Virus record (IMG/VR): IMGVR_UViG_3300037419_000815
Length of the DNA: 53,808 bases
Origin: a virus
Strand: one strand, 5' to 3'
Below the pieces are notes generated by a model, which worked only from the letters and a program-made list of their open reading frames with translations, ran no database searches and was not told the origin of the DNA. Shown one piece after another: positions 50,070 through 53,808 of this stretch (position 1 is its first letter; each line of letters begins with the position of its first letter). The position numbers and the translations under genes are program-made.

Positions 50070-50353
50070 GTCCGCTCCGTCTCGGAGAGGGCGGCGTCGA
50101 TCATGGCCTTGTAGGCATTGCGCAGGGTTGGCAGAGGCTTGTCGTGCGGGTAGCCTTCTCCTTCATCGATGATTCTGCCGCCGGCCTCGTGCATCGCCTC
50201 GGTCGGTTCCCGCATCGCCTCGATCGCCGCCCGCGCATAGGCGAGCAGGTCGCACTGATCCGTGTCGTAGGCGTTGACCTCCTCGAAATCGTCCCAAGAG
50301 CGTCCGAAGCCTTTCTCGGCGATTGCTCGAGCGACGATCTCGACCATCGTCAT
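50066..50353 (-). CDS. hypothetical protein (95 aa)
   Basis: ATGA coupling on both sides. Confidence 0.55.
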   Translation of the reverse strand: MTMVEIVARAIAEKGFGRSWDDFEEVNAYDTDQCDLLAYARAAIEAMREPTEAMHEAGGRIIDEGEGYPHDKPLPTLRNAYKAMIDAALSETERT

Positions 50354-50781
50354 TTCGGCCCCTCCCTGCTGGCGGCGTCGGGCTCCGGGGGAGGAGGCAA
50401 AGGCTGCCAGTGCGTGGCGTAACCATCATACGAGATCGAACTAGCGACCTCGTTGCGCTCACCCCAAGACCCCTTCCCAACCGTGATCCAGAAAGGTCCG
50501 TCGCCTACCCGGCACGCCAACAGAACCTCGATGTCGTGCGGCGCCGGATCGTTCTCTATCGCCCGCCAGCCGGCCAGGTGCGCGGCGGCTGCGAGGGCGA
50601 CGCGCATGGCGGTCATTGCCGCAATGATCGTCCGCACTTCTTCGCATGTCAGAGGCGGTGAGGGTGCGGCATCATCTGAACGCTGAGTTTTCGCGAAATC
50701 GTTGACCCTGTATCCAAGCTGCCGGATGATCAACTCTGCCTTGGTGGCCGCCTCTACGGCCGCTTCGGTCGGGCTATGCAT
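50350..50781 (-). CDS. hypothetical protein with DUF551-like C-terminal domain (143 aa)
   Basis: Start at MHSPTE. 'GWRAIENDPAPHDIEVLLA......HWQPLPPPP'. Confidence 0.55.
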   Translation of the reverse strand: MHSPTEAAVEAATKAELIIRQLGYRVNDFAKTQRSDDAAPSPPLTCEEVRTIIAAMTAMRVALAAAAHLAGWRAIENDPAPHDIEVLLACRVGDGPFWITVGKGSWGERNEVASSISYDGYATHWQPLPPPPEPDAASREGPK

Positions 50782-51181
50782 CGGGGGCCTCGCAGATCGG
50801 GCGGACTGGGCTGTTGGCCCATTCAAGAAGCGCAGCGGCATGGCACATGTCGGGTTCGCCCGGCGCTGGCAACTTGCACCAGCAGGCCAACGACTTGCCA
50901 CGCAGCGCCAGTCTGGCGCGTTCTTTCAGGTGATCAGTTGCCGTATGCCGATAGATCGTGATGGCGGCCTTGACGGCTTCGTCCCTGGTCTTGAACATCC
51001 AGACCCTGGAATCGCTCTCAACCCACCATTCGTCCTTACCGGCATCTTGCCCTGAAAGGATGGTGGCTCTCGAGACGCGGTATGGATTGCCAAAGCCGGT
51101 CGAGCGGTCGACCTTCACGGTATTGGCTGGCATCTTCCAACCGCGCTTGCGGCTCAACTGGATGCGCACAGGCTTAGGCAT
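50774..51181 (-). CDS. DUF4326-family protein
   Basis: 'IQLSRKRGWKMP.NTVKVDRSTGFGNPY' and 'LRGKSLACWCKL.....CHAAALLEWAN'. Confidence 0.65.
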   Translation of the reverse strand: MPKPVRIQLSRKRGWKMPANTVKVDRSTGFGNPYRVSRATILSGQDAGKDEWWVESDSRVWMFKTRDEAVKAAITIYRHTATDHLKERARLALRGKSLACWCKLPAPGEPDMCHAAALLEWANSPVRPICEAPDA

Positions 51182-51458
51182 CGGGGGCCTCGCGGGAGAT
51201 GAGGACGGAGGGTTGGCGCGCCTTGGTGAACGACCGCGGGTCAGACCCTATCCAAGCGCAGAGCGTCATGAACACTTCGACTGTGCACGGCCTGCCGTGC
51301 TCTGTCCGCGAAAGGCCGGACTTCGAGACTCCAGTCATTGCCTGAACTTCACTCAGCCGCAGACGACGTGTCTGGCGCGTGGTTCGCACCGCTTCGGCGA
51401 GGCGTGTCCAGGCGATTGTCAGGAAGGTTGTGTCGCCGCTACTCGGCATCCCAGCCAC
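51174..51458 (-). CDS. HTH (XRE-like) DNA-binding protein
   Basis: 'LRLSEVQAMTGVSKSGLSRTEHGR'. Confidence 0.55.
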   Translation of the reverse strand: MAGMPSSGDTTFLTIAWTRLAEAVRTTRQTRRLRLSEVQAMTGVSKSGLSRTEHGRPCTVEVFMTLCAWIGSDPRSFTKARQPSVLISREAPDA

Positions 51459-52020
51459 CCTTGGCCGGAGCGCGGGCGCGGATTGCGGCGGCGGATAGAC
51501 GCGCTCCTTCGCTTATGGGTCCATAGAAGTTTCGTCGATCTTGAGCGATCTTGTCGCAACAGGCGGCATTCGCCTCCCGCTCCTCCTCTCGCGCCCGCTG
51601 TACGGCGGATCCCTGGCCGGATGGGTGGGAGCGGATGGCGGCGAGAGCAAGGCGTGCTTCGCGCAGATGCGCTACGGTGATGATAGCCTCTTGATCAATA
51701 TAGAGGTTCTCGTCTTCGGCTTCATAGGCGGCGTAATCGTCTGCTGCCTTGGCAAACGGCTCTAGCGCCTCAACCACCCGCGCGAGCTTGGCCTCGGCGG
51801 CGGTGGCGCGGGCAGCATAACGATCAGCGCATCCGGCGAGGCGGTCGGCATAGTGCGCATGGATCGCGTCGAGCGCCTGCTCAAGCTCTGCCGATCCAAA
51901 TCGTCTGGTGCCATCGTCGAAGTACTGCGCCAGGACCTCGCGAAGATCATCGGTTGTTGGCATCCGGACGCTGCCGAGTGTCTTGCGCAGCGCCGCCACG
52001 TCGGGAGGTGTCTCGCTCAT
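51439..52020 (-). CDS. hypothetical protein (193 aa)
   Basis: ORF track. Confidence 0.55.
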   Translation of the reverse strand: MSETPPDVAALRKTLGSVRMPTTDDLREVLAQYFDDGTRRFGSAELEQALDAIHAHYADRLAGCADRYAARATAAEAKLARVVEALEPFAKAADDYAAYEAEDENLYIDQEAIITVAHLREARLALAAIRSHPSGQGSAVQRAREEEREANAACCDKIAQDRRNFYGPISEGARLSAAAIRARAPAKGGWDAE

Positions 52021-52235
52021 TCCGCCCTCCCCGCAGCGTCGAGGGCAGCGCGGCCGGCATTTCGACTGTCCAGCAAGCGATCAAGCTCGCGCCACACATC
52101 CAAGCACGCATCAGAATGGGCCTGCAGCGCGGCATCAGGATCGCGCTTCCATAGCGGGCTGACCTCCGCAGTTCTCACCCTCTGGGCTAAGTCGAGCAGG
52201 CGGCTCAATGCAGCCGCGGCATCGTTGGGGTTCAT
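52017..52235 (-). CDS. hypothetical protein (72 aa)
   Basis: Internal ATG (MNPNDAAA) with ATGA overlaps at both ends. Confidence 0.5.
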   Translation of the reverse strand: MNPNDAAAALSRLLDLAQRVRTAEVSPLWKRDPDAALQAHSDACLDVWRELDRLLDSRNAGRAALDAAGRAE

Positions 52236-52441
52236 CCCTGCTTCTCCGAGGCTGGCGTGGTGAGGGCAAGGCCTAACGCCCTGCGGCAGGCTTCGTCTTC
52301 GTCGGCTGGCTGGTCGGCGGCCTTGTCCTGCAGGGCGGCGGCTTCGTCTTCGCAGCGGATGCAGACGCGCCGCTCCAGCGGGTACAGGGGCTCGCCGCAG
52401 ACCTCGCACTCGCGGTCGTGGTCGTGCCACCAGGGGGTCAT
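52232..52441 (-). CDS. zinc-ribbon small protein (69 aa)
   Basis: 'CEVCGEPLYPLERRVCIRCE' contains two CxxC pairs. Confidence 0.5.
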   Translation of the reverse strand: MTPWWHDHDRECEVCGEPLYPLERRVCIRCEDEAAALQDKAADQPADEDEACRRALGLALTTPASEKQG

Positions 52442-52443
52442 TG

Positions 52444-52653
52444 TCAGGCTCCAAGCCAAACGCGGGCGGCGAAGTAGACCAGCCACGCGAACAAAGTGAC
52501 GAGAGCGCAAATTCCCAAGCGCAGCATCGCGTCAAATGCGTTGCCGAAATCGTAGTCGCCACTGCTCGGCGCGTATGGCTTCAGGATCGCCCACGCCCAC
52601 ACTGCCGCCGTGACTGAGGCAGGTAATGCCCACCATCCGAAAGTAATCGTCAT
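52444..52653 (-). CDS. 2-TM small membrane protein (69 aa)
   Basis: AGGAG Shine-Dalgarno. Trp-rich hydrophobic helices. Confidence 0.55.
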   Translation of the reverse strand: MTITFGWWALPASVTAAVWAWAILKPYAPSSGDYDFGNAFDAMLRLGICALVTLFAWLVYFAARVWLGA

Positions 52654-52695
52654 ATCAGTCTCGCTCCTGGGCGGCGGGATCGGCGGTGGGGCTGG

Positions 52696-53241
52696 TCATT
52701 CTGCGGCTTCCTTCTGGAAAAGCGGGCCATCATCCGGCAGCGCAAACTTGAGGCGCCACGTGCGCCACGCGGCCGAGACGGCGCCGGTCCCTGGAAACAA
52801 GTCGTGCAGTTCGTCTTCCGGCCGCGCGCCCAGCATCTCGAAAGCCCAATGGCAGACGGCCTCGGGCTTTGCGCCGGTCAGCCCGCGCTTGAGCGTGATC
52901 GGGCATTCGATCCAATCGCGCATGATCAGGCGCTTGCTGACCACGGGTTTGCGGGCCGCCTTGACGATCACCGGCTCCCACGCATAGGCGACACTGACAT
53001 TGCGCTTGAACGCCGCGAAGCCCTTCACCCATGACATCCACCGGGCGCCGGTCTTCTCGACCAAGGGCGCGAGCGTGGCCATGCTGTGCGGCGTCGCAGA
53101 GGCATGCAGTACCCAGCCATCAAACTCGCTCTGCATCTGGTCGATCAACGCAACGTGGTCGACCTCACCGGCAAAGTCTGGATGATCGCGGTACAGGTAC
53201 GCGCATCCGATGTAAGGCGGGTCCGCGATGGCGATGCGCAT
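52696..53241 (-). CDS. DNA N6-adenine methyltransferase (small DPPY-type)
   Basis: 'IADPPY' near the N-terminus. 'GAKPEAVCHWAF' and 'DLFPGTGAV' near the C-terminus. Confidence 0.7.
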   Translation of the reverse strand: MRIAIADPPYIGCAYLYRDHPDFAGEVDHVALIDQMQSEFDGWVLHASATPHSMATLAPLVEKTGARWMSWVKGFAAFKRNVSVAYAWEPVIVKAARKPVVSKRLIMRDWIECPITLKRGLTGAKPEAVCHWAFEMLGARPEDELHDLFPGTGAVSAAWRTWRLKFALPDDGPLFQKEAAE

Positions 53242-53723
53242 CAGCGTGACACCTCGGCGGTGGGGCGGGTGGCTTCGATCTGGGCCACGTCAGGCGCGGA
53301 CAACGCTTTGACCACCTCGTCGAGCGTGATGCAGATGTCGGTCGCGAGCAGGGCCATGAGCTCCGGCTCTTCGCCGTCGCGGGTCAAGATGATGCAGCGC
53401 TTGCCTTGGCCGGTGAACCATCCGGCCTCGAGGTGGGCGCTGCGGCCGCAGGGCAGCACCAGCACGCAGGTATCGGCCCATTGCATGCCGCGCAGGTCGC
53501 TGACGAAGCCGCGCGAGGCGATCGGGTGCGTGGTCAGCAGCTCGCGGTAGCGCGCGGCGGACCATCCCTGCCAGTCCGGATCGATCTCCGACCAGGCGAA
53601 GCCAGGAACGCCATTGAATGGCGCGCGGAAATCATAGACTTCGTGGCCAGCCTTTCGCAGCGTGGCGACAACGTCTGGCTGAAATGCATTGCGCCAACTC
53701 GACGCGACATAGATGCGGGCCAT
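53241..53723 (-). CDS. nucleoside 2-deoxyribosyltransferase-like protein
   Basis: 'MARIYVASSWRN...' and 'VLVLPCGRSAHLEAGWFTGQGKRCIIL' resemble the family. The start codon lies inside the terminal repeat. Confidence 0.5.
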   Translation of the reverse strand: MARIYVASSWRNAFQPDVVATLRKAGHEVYDFRAPFNGVPGFAWSEIDPDWQGWSAARYRELLTTHPIASRGFVSDLRGMQWADTCVLVLPCGRSAHLEAGWFTGQGKRCIILTRDGEEPELMALLATDICITLDEVVKALSAPDVAQIEATRPTAEVSR

Positions 53724-53808
53724 TTGTGTCTATCTCCTAAGTCGGAAGCCCATCCGCTACCCTCCCGCGTATGGCGGTGTCCCTCGGATCGGAGGAGGAG
53801 ATGGCGCG
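53682..53808. repeat. Terminal direct repeat, copy 2 (identical to 1-127)
   Basis: See 1-127. Confidence 0.95.

Larger units (their letters stand above)
1..53808. mobile_element. Complete circular temperate phage genome (podovirus-like virion module, lambdoid regulation)
   Basis: Repressor/Cro, xis-int-attP, ERF recombination, terminase, portal, capsid, tail, ejection and lysis modules are all present. The two ends are identical over 127 bp. Confidence 0.85.

Noticed and set aside
1-53808. Search for CRISPR arrays, a diversity-generating retroelement, a retron, rRNA, or transposase/IS elements
   Set aside because: I saw no regularly spaced short repeats, no reverse-transcriptase motif (YxDD context) in any ORF, no template/variable repeat pair near the tail-fibre genes, and no transposase-like ORF. 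The only mobile-type genes are int and three HNH endonucleases.

Overview
The window is one complete temperate phage genome from a high-GC host. Bases 1-127 are identical to 53682-53808, so it closes into a circle with a unique length of about 53,681 bp. The host is probably an alphaproteobacterium: the phage carries GcrA and GapR homologues, and its attP is the 3' part of a tRNA-Gly(GCC).

The layout is lambdoid:
- Immunity region (1468-2255): an HTH repressor and a Cro-like gene face each other, with five copies of a 15-bp TTTCC-N5-GGAAA operator and two TTGACA promoters.
- Leftward operon: it wraps through the circular junction (1467 -> 133 -> 53723 -> 48853) and ends in xis, int and attP. 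A 'b-region' of small minus-strand genes follows (48659 -> 45772).
- Rightward plus-strand block (3128-45041), in order:
  - early membrane proteins;
  - an AT-rich HNH-AP2 homing endonuclease;
  - a winged-helix regulator;
  - a hairpin-dense 400-bp spacer;
  - recombination and replication genes (GapR-like, Gp157-like, ERF, HNH, DnaA-domain-IV-only, GcrA-like, DUF1064, and an O-like initiator carrying internal iterons);
  - a methyltransferase fragment;
  - terS and terL;
  - a three-gene insert that includes an SGNH esterase;
  - portal, scaffold and capsid;
  - podovirus-type tail tube proteins and giant ejection proteins (lytic transglycosylase plus M15 peptidase);
  - a membrane protein plus lipoprotein-nuclease moron;
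  - tail fibres and tailspike with one antisense gene nested between them;
  - a protein with the FAD-oxidoreductase fold;
  - a GH19 endolysin;
  - a repeat-flanked HNH insertion;
  - lysis and membrane genes.

I found no rRNA, no CRISPR array, no reverse transcriptase and no full-length tRNA. All product calls rest on motifs I recognised by eye in the translated ORFs. No database search was possible. About half the genes are hypothetical, and many start codons are uncertain.
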